A DNA stretch of 64,000 nucleotides, from positions 128,001 through 192,000 of the forward strand of contig CAWAKC010000007.1 of assembly GCA_963782525.1 (NCBI GenBank), given 5' to 3'. This DNA comes from Candidatus Bathyarchaeota archaeon. Lineage in GTDB: Archaea > Thermoproteota > Bathyarchaeia > Bathyarchaeales > Bathycorpusculaceae. Of this stretch, positions 21,364-29,679 are shown piece by piece; positions within the stretch are counted from its first letter, which is position 1, and each line of letters begins with the position of its first letter. The translations under genes were made by a program, and so were the position numbers. The notes beneath the pieces were generated by a model. That model searched no databases. It saw only the letters and a program-made list of their open reading frames with translations, and was not told the DNA's origin.

Positions 21364-24111
21364 TTATGCTCGTTTTCTTAGAAGCAGTATGTTTGCAACG
21401 CCGACTAAGACTATCACAATGATGATAGCGATTATGCCAGGCACGATGTATGTGTCAGCTACAGATTGTGCGAGTGACGTTGGAGCGGGGGTTGATGATG
21501 GTCCATTCGCAACTGTTAGGTAGGTTGTTGAAGATGATGGCCCGTATGAGGCAGAGCCTGCGAAAGTAGCGATGATTTGGTATTTGCCAGGAACTTCTGG
21601 AGTGTAAGATAAGCCATAATTTCCATATTTGTCGCTTGTTGTATTGCCTACGTTGACTAGGTTACCATTGGGGTCAACTGCTGTTAGGGTAACTGGTACA
21701 CCGGTTGCGTTTGCTGGCATTGGTCTGTCGTGGAACATGTATTCCATCCAAGCATCCATCGAAGCATCTGAAATTGCAGGGGTGCCTTTGAGGGCTGTGT
21801 CTAAGTCGCCGTTGATGTTGTGTTTGCCTGATGGTGATTGGTCGGTAACTGTGCCTGTGATTGTTACTTGTGCTCCTAGTACTGGTGCAAGTTGTGGTGC
21901 TGAAACTGTAGTTGCGCTTGGTCCTCTACCGAGGCAGTAGATTTGGTTGTCGTGGTTATCGAGGTAAAGTATACGGCTGTCAGACATCACAACTTTTGAA
22001 AGCCCGTTGTTTGCTGTGTTTGGATAAGCCATTAATCTCCAGACGAGTTCGCCTGTGTCTCCATCAATGCAGAAGATAGCTCCGTCGCGTCTAATCGGAG
22101 TGGTTTCTCCTGCCCATCCTGTTGATCCATGTAGGTAGATGAGGTCGCGTCCAGTTGCGTTGTTGTCGACGTAGAAGCATAAGCTGAGAGGTGTGTATGT
22201 TAGTCCTTGTCCTTCTAGGTTACCTAGTAGTGGTGCTGACCAGTTCCATAGGGATTCGCCTGTGAGTGCATCAAAGCAATGCATTTGTCCCATTGAGCCA
22301 ATAGTAAAGACTTTTCCGTTGTGAGCTGTGAGTGAGAATCCTTGGAATGCAAATTGGTTAGGTTCATTGTAAGTCCATAGTTGATTTCCTGTTGAGAGGC
22401 TGTAAACCCAGACATTGCCAGTTACTCTTTCAATGTACCAGAAGATGTTATTTTGTACGGATATTCCGAAGGATAATCCGCCGCCGTTTGTTGTGTTTGC
22501 ACCGACAGGGTCAGCTGCATATGGTGCGTTGAAAGTTACGCTCCAAGTTATGTTGCCCCATGTGCCGTCTTTTAAGCTGTAAGCCCATATAGAGCCAGGT
22601 GCATTTCCTCTCACGTCGTTTCGACCTGCTGTGCCAACTACTATTTCGTCACCAGGGAAAATATCGCGGACCAAAGCTGTTTCGTTGAAGACGGAGTTAC
22701 GTGGACCATATAAGCTTGCAACTGATATGTTCATTGTGTATCCGTTGTAGCCGTTGTAGATTGCGCCGGCAGTTGTTGTTGACATGCCTGGAACCAGGTT
22801 TCCGGGTGTGCCGGGTCTCCAGAACCAGTATGCGTTGTCGCCTGTGTCAATGTTTGGTACGTTTGATTTTCCATTAATGAGTGTTGCTGGGTAAGCTACT
22901 CCATATTGGCTTCTCCACCATACAGCTTGAGTTGAGTTCCAGATTTGCAAGTAATAGTTGGGTGTTTGCCCTGCTGGAGCTAAGTTGGCTATGTTGGCGT
23001 AGCAGATGCTACCGATTGAGTCTCTGAATTGTGTGCCGGTTGTGGATACGTTAGCGATTTTGCATATGGATTTTCCACTGTAAGCGTCAAACATTTCCCA
23101 AGCGGATAAGCCTGCGGCGTTAGTATTTCCTGCTGGTAATGTAACACCTGATGTTGCGTATAGGTAAGCGAAGCCTCCGTGTTGGTTGGGTGAGTCATAA
23201 TTTAGAACTTGGCCTAATGAGGGGATAGCCTGGGTACCGTCGGTATTGTTTACGTAGAAGAGCTGGTTGCCGGTGTATAGGTCGATGCAGTACCAACCGT
23301 ATCTTGGTGGGTGCTGGTCTGAATAGTAAGCTTTGCCTTCAAGGACGATCAATGGACTTGAGAAGCCTTCGTAAGCGATACCGTTGTAGTAGCCTGTGTC
23401 ATCGTATCCACCCATGATGCCTCCAACCCAGCTAGATGTGCTCCAGAGCACGTGGCTGCTTTCTGGACCTTCCTGGTTGGGGATGCCTCTTGACCTAAGT
23501 TGTGTTTCATAATAGGTTCCACCTAACCATTGACCCATGGCAACGTTGCCCCAACCTCTGTTAACGTCGTAGACTGGGCGTGTCCAGTAGTCTGTTGGAA
23601 GAGGTGTTTCTTGGTATGTTGGTATTGGATCTTGTTGTACGATGAAGGTGTTTGGTCTGCTTATGCTGGCGTTGTAGACGTTCCCGACGTTAGCGTTGCC
23701 AGTGTTGCCTGGGGCACCTGTTAAGGTGTCTCCTGGGAAACTGGCTTGGATTGTGTACGTTCCGACTTCGGTAGGCACGTATGTTATGAATGCGCCTCCA
23801 ACAGGGTCAGATGTGATTGGTCCTTTTGTTTCGTTGACTCCACTAGGCGATGTGATGGTTAGATAAAAGTCCCATCTGTCACCCATGGATCCACTTGCAG
23901 TCGGCGGATAAACGTTGAGGTACATCTCTATGAGTATGGTTTGGCCAACGCCTACGACGGGCTGACCTGGAAATACGTAGGTGTATGTGCTGTAGACTGT
24001 GTTTGGGTATGCTTTGGCAGGTTGCATTGTAAGCATCATTGCGAGAGAAGTCATCAATATTACGATTAAGGCAATTGAAATTGCCTTATTTTTATTTAAT
24101 ATATTTTGCAT
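21364..24111 (-). CDS. Secreted PQQ-like beta-propeller surface protein (paralog 4)
   Basis: Start re-assigned to ATG 24111 (MQNILNKNK + signal peptide); DPVG, DSPNQHG, WMEY; the EHS motif is replaced by HGSTGWAGE; ADTYIVP + TM + LRKRA. Confidence 0.85.
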   Translation of the reverse strand: MQNILNKNKAISIALIVILMTSLAMMLTMQPAKAYPNTVYSTYTYVFPGQPVVGVGQTILIEMYLNVYPPTASGSMGDRWDFYLTITSPSGVNETKGPITSDPVGGAFITYVPTEVGTYTIQASFPGDTLTGAPGNTGNANVGNVYNASISRPNTFIVQQDPIPTYQETPLPTDYWTRPVYDVNRGWGNVAMGQWLGGTYYETQLRSRGIPNQEGPESSHVLWSTSSWVGGIMGGYDDTGYYNGIAYEGFSSPLIVLEGKAYYSDQHPPRYGWYCIDLYTGNQLFYVNNTDGTQAIPSLGQVLNYDSPNQHGGFAYLYATSGVTLPAGNTNAAGLSAWEMFDAYSGKSICKIANVSTTGTQFRDSIGSICYANIANLAPAGQTPNYYLQIWNSTQAVWWRSQYGVAYPATLINGKSNVPNIDTGDNAYWFWRPGTPGNLVPGMSTTTAGAIYNGYNGYTMNISVASLYGPRNSVFNETALVRDIFPGDEIVVGTAGRNDVRGNAPGSIWAYSLKDGTWGNITWSVTFNAPYAADPVGANTTNGGGLSFGISVQNNIFWYIERVTGNVWVYSLSTGNQLWTYNEPNQFAFQGFSLTAHNGKVFTIGSMGQMHCFDALTGESLWNWSAPLLGNLEGQGLTYTPLSLCFYVDNNATGRDLIYLHGSTGWAGETTPIRRDGAIFCIDGDTGELVWRLMAYPNTANNGLSKVVMSDSRILYLDNHDNQIYCLGRGPSATTVSAPQLAPVLGAQVTITGTVTDQSPSGKHNINGDLDTALKGTPAISDASMDAWMEYMFHDRPMPANATGVPVTLTAVDPNGNLVNVGNTTSDKYGNYGLSYTPEVPGKYQIIATFAGSASYGPSSSTTYLTVANGPSSTPAPTSLAQSVADTYIVPGIIAIIIVIVLVGVANILLLRKRA

Positions 24112-24138
24112 TTTTCTTTCCTCTTTTTTTGTTTTTGC

Positions 24139-24209
24139 GTTTGACAAAGATAGTGTTATTATGTATCCTGTCAAACCGTTAAGTAGGGTGCTTCGTTTAA
24201 TTTAAATAA
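24139..24209 (-). promoter_or_regulatory. TATA box (TTATTTAA) and 5'-UTR stem-loop of paralog 4
   Basis: GUUUGACAGGAUA-N11-UAUCUUUGUCAAAC (13 bp, 1 bulge), starting 33 nt after the first T of the TATA. Confidence 0.6.
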
Positions 24210-24303
24210 CTTTGGTAAAATAAGACAAAAAATAAAAAAATCCCAAAAAAATTGACTATAGACCCATATTTATTAATTAAAAAAAAATAAAAAGGGAATT
24301 TTA

Positions 24304-26946
24304 TTAGGGTTTCTTTCTTAGAGCTAAGACTATTACGACTGCTGCGATTGCGATTGCTACGATTATTGCGACAGATACTGGGATTAGATATGTGTCAGCT
24401 ACAGATTGTGCTTGCACTATTGCTGTAGGTGCTGGTGTGGTTGGTTCTGAACCTATAGTTAGGTAGGTTGTTCCAAACGATGAGCCATAAGAGTTAGAGC
24501 CTTCGAAGGTAGCGATTATTTGGTATGTGCCTGGAACGTCTGGTTTGAAGGCTATGCCGTAGTTGCCTGCAGCGTCGCTTGTAGTGTCCCCGATGTGGAC
24601 GAGGTTGCCGTTGGGGTCGATTGTATCTAATCTAACTGGAACGCCTGTTGCGTTTGTGGGCATTGGTCTTTGATGGTACATATATTCCATCCAAGCATCC
24701 ATCGAAGCATCTGAGATTGCTGGAGTGCCTTTTAGTGCACGGTCTATGTCGCCGTTGATGTTTCTGCGTCCATACTGAGATTGGTCTGTCACTGTACCAG
24801 TAAGTTCAACAGTTGAGCCTAGAGGTGGAACTATTTGTGGTGCGGAAACTGTGGTAGCACTTGGGCCTTGACCAAAGCAGTAGATCATCTCGTCGTGGCT
24901 ATCTACCACTAAGAGTCGTCCGTCTGCTATGATTGGGGCTGAACTTGGCCAGTCAGTTAACATCCAAATCATCTTACCGTCGGTAACGTTTACGTCCCAA
25001 ATCTGTGCGTCACGTCGGATGGGGTTGTTGTTTGAGTGCTCGCTTGAGTAGAGGTATAGCTGTCCGTCGCCTGTAAGGAAGCCAAATGATGTTGGTGTGT
25101 ATTGGTATGGTGTTTCGTCTACGCCTACTGGTGGAGCGGTCCAGTTCCAAAGTGAGGTGCCTGTCTTTGCATCGAATGCTCTGACTACTCCTGCGTATCC
25201 ACCGCAATCGATGAATTCTCCCTTGTAACAGACTGCTGTTGCTCCGCCATAGAATTGGAATTGCTCTGCTGGTGGCGCTTTCCACGCTAAACTTCCGTCT
25301 GCGAGGTTGTAGATGAAGTAGGTTCTTGTCATTGCGTCATAGTACCAGAAAATGCCTTCCTGTATGCAAACGCTGCTGAAAGCTGTGTTTTTATTGCTGA
25401 ATTGCTCGGCTTGACCATATGCGTCGCCTACGTTTGCTGGAGCCGTGAAGTTGTAGTTGTAGAGCACTTGTCCTACGAACCCTGGCTTCAAGTTAAGTCC
25501 AACTACGCTGCCTGGAATACTGAGGGAGCCGTTGTTAGAGCCTGCGTAGATTATGACCATTTGGTCGTCTGGGATAACTTGGCGAACATTGATAGTGCTG
25601 AGAGATAGGGAGGGTATGCTTACGTTTGCTGAGTAGCCGTTTCTACCATCATACGTGTAGTTTAAATTGGGTCGCCACATCCAGTTTGAGTTGGTACCCG
25701 AAGTATCTTCGTGTGCAACGTATGATGCATACATGATTACTTGCGAAGTGTTCCAAACTTGGAGATACCATTGAGGTGCTGCGTTTGCCGGAGCCAAATT
25801 GACCAAGTTGTACCTTAGAATGCTGCCGTCTGGTCCGACTGCCGATGTTCCAGTGCCTCCTCTTACCGTACTGCGTCCGCCTATTGTATCAGTTGTTGTA
25901 ACGTTCGCTATGCTACATATATAATTGCCAGAGAAGTCATCGTACATTTCCCAAGTATTCGTCTTGCCAATTGGACTGGTTACCCAGTAGTAGCCTATGG
26001 TTCCGTGCTGGTTAGGATTGTCCTCTACTAGGACTTGCCCGAATGCTGGTGCACCAGAAGGTATGCTGCCTGTGCTTGAGAAGGATCCACCTGCGCCCGA
26101 AACTGCACTCGATGTATTGTTTCTGTAGTAGATTGTTTCTCCACTGTAAAGATCGCAACAGTACCAGCCCTCCTTCGGGTTAGTTCCTACAGCGTAGTAG
26201 AATTGGCCGTTAAGAATAATTGATGGACCGCCGTAGCTTTCGTATGATTGGCCACTGTAGTACGAGTTGTCGGGGCTTGAAGAATTAACAGTTGAGTAGC
26301 CGCCTGCGATTCCGCCGTTGAAGAAGGGTCTTGTCCACAGAACGTGTGAGCTTGATGGACCTTCAGTGTAGGGGTTGTATCTGCTGCTGCCGAACGTTGA
26401 AAGTTCATTTGCTGCTAAGTATTGACCCATTACGACTGGACCCCAGCCTCTGTTCGTGTCGTATACTGGTCGACTCCAGTAGTCTGTTGGAAGCGGAGTT
26501 TCTGTATATCTCGCCATTTGTTCCGTCGTCACTGTCAAAGTTTGTGTTTCGCTTAAGGCAGATTCAAAGACAACGCCGATTGGAGTCCATCCTTTGGGTA
26601 CATTGTTAGGATTAGGTGGTGAACCTGAAGGCCACCAACCAGCACCCTGAGGAGCAACTAAGCCTCTGCTTGCGCCGCCGTCGATAATACATTGTCGCAT
26701 AATAGCTTGAACGACGTATGTGCCAGTCTCTGTTGGAACATAGTTTGTATAGCCAGCGCCTACTGGGTCAGATACTACGCCTTTAATAGTATCGTTGGTT
26801 CCATCTGGTCTGATGATGTTGACGTCGAATGTGAAGCGGTCGCCGTATTCGCCTAGAGCTGTTGGCGGAAGTTTATCGCAGAAGAAACAAAAAAGACTGG
26901 TTTGACCAAGACCTATGGTGTTGGGAGCAATGGATAGGTACACCAT
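24304..26946 (-). CDS. PQQ-like beta-propeller surface protein (paralog 5); signal peptide disrupted, original start at 27017 is out of frame
   Basis: 880-aa ORF closest to paralog 3; DNPNQHG, SEHS, WMEY, ADTYLIP + TM + LRKKP; the upstream in-frame sequence FTQPANAAYARFYKD is a signal-peptide c-region. Confidence 0.8.
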   Translation of the reverse strand: MVYLSIAPNTIGLGQTSLFCFFCDKLPPTALGEYGDRFTFDVNIIRPDGTNDTIKGVVSDPVGAGYTNYVPTETGTYVVQAIMRQCIIDGGASRGLVAPQGAGWWPSGSPPNPNNVPKGWTPIGVVFESALSETQTLTVTTEQMARYTETPLPTDYWSRPVYDTNRGWGPVVMGQYLAANELSTFGSSRYNPYTEGPSSSHVLWTRPFFNGGIAGGYSTVNSSSPDNSYYSGQSYESYGGPSIILNGQFYYAVGTNPKEGWYCCDLYSGETIYYRNNTSSAVSGAGGSFSSTGSIPSGAPAFGQVLVEDNPNQHGTIGYYWVTSPIGKTNTWEMYDDFSGNYICSIANVTTTDTIGGRSTVRGGTGTSAVGPDGSILRYNLVNLAPANAAPQWYLQVWNTSQVIMYASYVAHEDTSGTNSNWMWRPNLNYTYDGRNGYSANVSIPSLSLSTINVRQVIPDDQMVIIYAGSNNGSLSIPGSVVGLNLKPGFVGQVLYNYNFTAPANVGDAYGQAEQFSNKNTAFSSVCIQEGIFWYYDAMTRTYFIYNLADGSLAWKAPPAEQFQFYGGATAVCYKGEFIDCGGYAGVVRAFDAKTGTSLWNWTAPPVGVDETPYQYTPTSFGFLTGDGQLYLYSSEHSNNNPIRRDAQIWDVNVTDGKMIWMLTDWPSSAPIIADGRLLVVDSHDEMIYCFGQGPSATTVSAPQIVPPLGSTVELTGTVTDQSQYGRRNINGDIDRALKGTPAISDASMDAWMEYMYHQRPMPTNATGVPVRLDTIDPNGNLVHIGDTTSDAAGNYGIAFKPDVPGTYQIIATFEGSNSYGSSFGTTYLTIGSEPTTPAPTAIVQAQSVADTYLIPVSVAIIVAIAIAAVVIVLALRKKP

Positions 26947-27043
26947 GTCTTTGTAGAATCGTGCATATGCTGCATTGGCAGGTTGTGTGAAGTTTTTTTA
27001 TTATAGAATTTTTGCATTTTTTTCTCTTTCCTTTTGTTTAATT

Positions 27044-27116
27044 CTGAGCAAGAATACTAACAAGTTATATACCCCTGCCCAGCAAAGATGGATATGACAG
27101 CAAGTTGCTTATTAAA
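27044..27116 (-). promoter_or_regulatory. TATA box (TTTAATAA) and 5'-UTR stem-loop of paralog 5
   Basis: CUGGGCAGGGGUAU / GUAUUCUUGCUCAG 14-bp stem capped by UAA-CUUG-UUA, starting 34 nt after the first T of the TATA. Confidence 0.65.
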
Positions 27117-27397
27117 TTTTGGTGAAAACAATGATTTCAGTTTCATATTAAACATTTTTTGGTGGTTTAAGTGTCAAACCAACTATCAGTGCAACTGTTT
27201 GTAGGACTACCCTGAGAAGTGAGTAATTAGAAGGCAATTATTTCAATTTCAAACTGAGTGACAAACCAAAATTTGACCACTCCTCTTTAATTGCAAATTT
27301 ATCACCGTATGCGATTTTTCTCAATTATAACATATTTACGGAAACTTTATTACGTAATCGAGCAATTTTTACCAATACATTCAAGGAGAGACCGTCA

Positions 27398-28702
27398 ATG
27401 ACAAAAGCATCAGCCCAACAGAAAAGCAGATCAGACGTTTATGAATCACGGGAAAATTGGCCTCCATACACTTACCGGGATTACCCAAACATCAAACCTG
27501 AAACCTACAAGGCCTTCCAAGAATTTCTGAACACCGAGAATACTTCAGGAAGACTCATGGAGTTGCAGCCGTGGATATCTGTTTGCGACTCAAAATGTGC
27601 TTTTTGTTACTTCCCAACTTCGCCAACAAACAAAGTGGAGATAGAAAAATATCTTTTCTTGCTCAAAAAAGAACTTGAAATGTATGCAAAAACCAAGTAT
27701 GTAAAGACAAGTTGGTTTGACGAGATAGTTCTGGGCGGTGGAACTCCCAGCGTTTTAACTGCCGAGCAGATGATCGACCTGATCGATTTTTGCAAGGAAC
27801 GATTCAACATAAACAAAGAATATTTCATCAAAGTAACCGGGTCCTCAAAGACTCTGGCGCTACCAAAAATCGACCAACTCGCCGCCTACGGCGTCTACCA
27901 AATGGACATGGGCGCCCAAACCTTCGACGACAAAATCCGAAAGATGCTCTGTTTACCCGACGGCGCTGCAGACGTCGAAAAAGCAATTCGCCATGCTCGG
28001 AAACTGGGTCTATGTGTCTGTGTGGATCTAATGTATAATCTTCCGGGGCAAACGATGGAGAGCTGGATAAACACACTCAAAAAAGCCATCGAGTTAGACG
28101 TGGAAATCGACGCATATTCACTACACGTTGACCCTGGCACGATGCTGGAAAAAATGATTAAAACAGGGAAATCTCCGCCTGTTGGAGACGGCGAATACGA
28201 GAAGCAAATGTACCTAACAGCCTACAACATGTTGACACAAGCAGGCTACAGCGCAGTCGGTCACGACCGCTACAGCCGCAATGAATGGCACATGAGAGAA
28301 AACTGCCTTAACGGTTGGCCATGGGGAGGCATACTCACCACCGGCGCAGGCTGCTTTATGGGTTATCTGCAGCGGTTCAGCTACAGCAACATCGAAAGCA
28401 TCGATGAATACATGAAGACAGTCAAATCGGGGAAACTGCCTATCCAAAGACTTTCAGAGTCCTCGGACGACGAAATGATGCGTCGAGAGATGAGTAGGCT
28501 GTATTTGCGTTTGCCCGTAAGCAAGAAAGAGTTTATGGAGAAATTCGGCAAACTACCAGAAGATGTATTTCCCAAGCAACTCAAAAGCCTCAAGGAGAAG
28601 GGGCTAATCGAGATAGATGACAAGGAAGTTAGAATTACCAAGCAGGGCGAAGTCTGGAAGGGCAACATTGCTTGGGAATTTGCAGCAAAACAGCCTTGTT
28701 AA
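27398..28702 (+). CDS. HemN-like (coproporphyrinogen III oxidase / class C methyltransferase family) radical SAM protein
   Basis: CDSKCAFCYF, LGGGTPS, DLMYNLPGQT, HemN C-terminal L-KEKGLIE...ITKQG; GGAGAG SD-like sequence. Confidence 0.85.
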   Translation: MTKASAQQKSRSDVYESRENWPPYTYRDYPNIKPETYKAFQEFLNTENTSGRLMELQPWISVCDSKCAFCYFPTSPTNKVEIEKYLFLLKKELEMYAKTKYVKTSWFDEIVLGGGTPSVLTAEQMIDLIDFCKERFNINKEYFIKVTGSSKTLALPKIDQLAAYGVYQMDMGAQTFDDKIRKMLCLPDGAADVEKAIRHARKLGLCVCVDLMYNLPGQTMESWINTLKKAIELDVEIDAYSLHVDPGTMLEKMIKTGKSPPVGDGEYEKQMYLTAYNMLTQAGYSAVGHDRYSRNEWHMRENCLNGWPWGGILTTGAGCFMGYLQRFSYSNIESIDEYMKTVKSGKLPIQRLSESSDDEMMRREMSRLYLRLPVSKKEFMEKFGKLPEDVFPKQLKSLKEKGLIEIDDKEVRITKQGEVWKGNIAWEFAAKQPC

Positions 28703-28812
28703 ATTCTTTTTTGTTTTTTTAATTTTATTTTTTTTAAAAATAAATAAAAGACCACTATCTAAGAGTCGATAGTTTAAAAAAATTAAAAAAGGAAAAAGGG
28801 AAAATTATATTT
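28703..28812. terminator. Bidirectional oligo-T terminator region between convergent genes
   Basis: T-tracts on + after 28702, A-tracts (T on -) before 28813, and a small ACTATC/GATAGT hairpin between them. Confidence 0.5.
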
Positions 28813-29478
28813 TTAGTGCCTTACGGGCTGAAGCCCATACCAAGTCATTACTTTAGCAATGATGGGTGCAATTATGCCGAGAATAATCATCGGAAGCATT
28901 GCAAGGAACAGTGCGTTTGGTGGGTCTGATTGTGACATGAATGCAGCGTAAGCAATAGTCATGTTGAAGACGAAGGTCAATACTCCCACAGTTAATGCGG
29001 CAGTTAGACCGGCACCGAGCATACGTTTAAAGTTCATTGAGCCATTGTTTAAGCCGCCTGCGATGTAGCCGATTAGTATTCCGCCAATTATGTAGTTTCC
29101 AATGAAGCTTGGGTCAGCAAAGAGGTTGGGAGATGAGCCAAAATTAACGACAGAGTATTGAATGTTGTAGCCTGCTTCGCCAAGGTACAAAAGAGTGCCT
29201 AACATGAAGCCTGCAGCGCCACCAGCCCATTTATTCCAGATTAAGCCTAAAATTAATGGAACAGCGAACATTACCATCAATGCAAAGCCATGAGTGAAAA
29301 TTGGTGTCAGGAACGAATATGGCGAGCCTGCTGCGCCTGTAGCCATGTTTGGACCTGGGAAGTAGTGGTCAAGTCCTGGGCGAATTACTGCTGGAAAAGC
29401 AACGATAAGAAGACCGACGAGTATTGGTATGACTAAGCCGTAAAGAATGTCTGCTAGTTTAAATTTTTCTGTTTCCAA
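28813..29478 (-). CDS. Uncharacterised integral membrane protein (about 6 TM, Gly-rich, faintly ECF S-component-like)
   Basis: 221 aa, hydrophobic; WAGGAAGFMLG; TTG start with AAGGGA upstream. Confidence 0.75.
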   Translation of the reverse strand: METEKFKLADILYGLVIPILVGLLIVAFPAVIRPGLDHYFPGPNMATGAAGSPYSFLTPIFTHGFALMVMFAVPLILGLIWNKWAGGAAGFMLGTLLYLGEAGYNIQYSVVNFGSSPNLFADPSFIGNYIIGGILIGYIAGGLNNGSMNFKRMLGAGLTAALTVGVLTFVFNMTIAYAAFMSQSDPPNALFLAMLPMIILGIIAPIIAKVMTWYGLQPVRH

Positions 29479-29679
29479 TTTTATATCCCTTGATGGACTA
29501 TTTACGTTGCGGCGTGTTAATAAATTTAATGCTTACAAGCTTGTTAGCCAAGAAGTTTGGACGTCAAAAAATTATCTTTGCAATAAATAGACCATGGGGA
29601 AAACACTGCGACAAGCTTAGTTGAAACAAAAAATAAAAGAAAAGATTAGGGATTTAGTTATTTACTTAGAGTCTTGGTT

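Noticed and set aside
21037-24174. Extended N-termini given by the ORF track for paralogs 3 (21081) and 4 (24174)
   Set aside because: The extensions translate the A-rich leader and hairpin. SD-like sequences and signal peptides fit ATG 21036 and ATG 24111.
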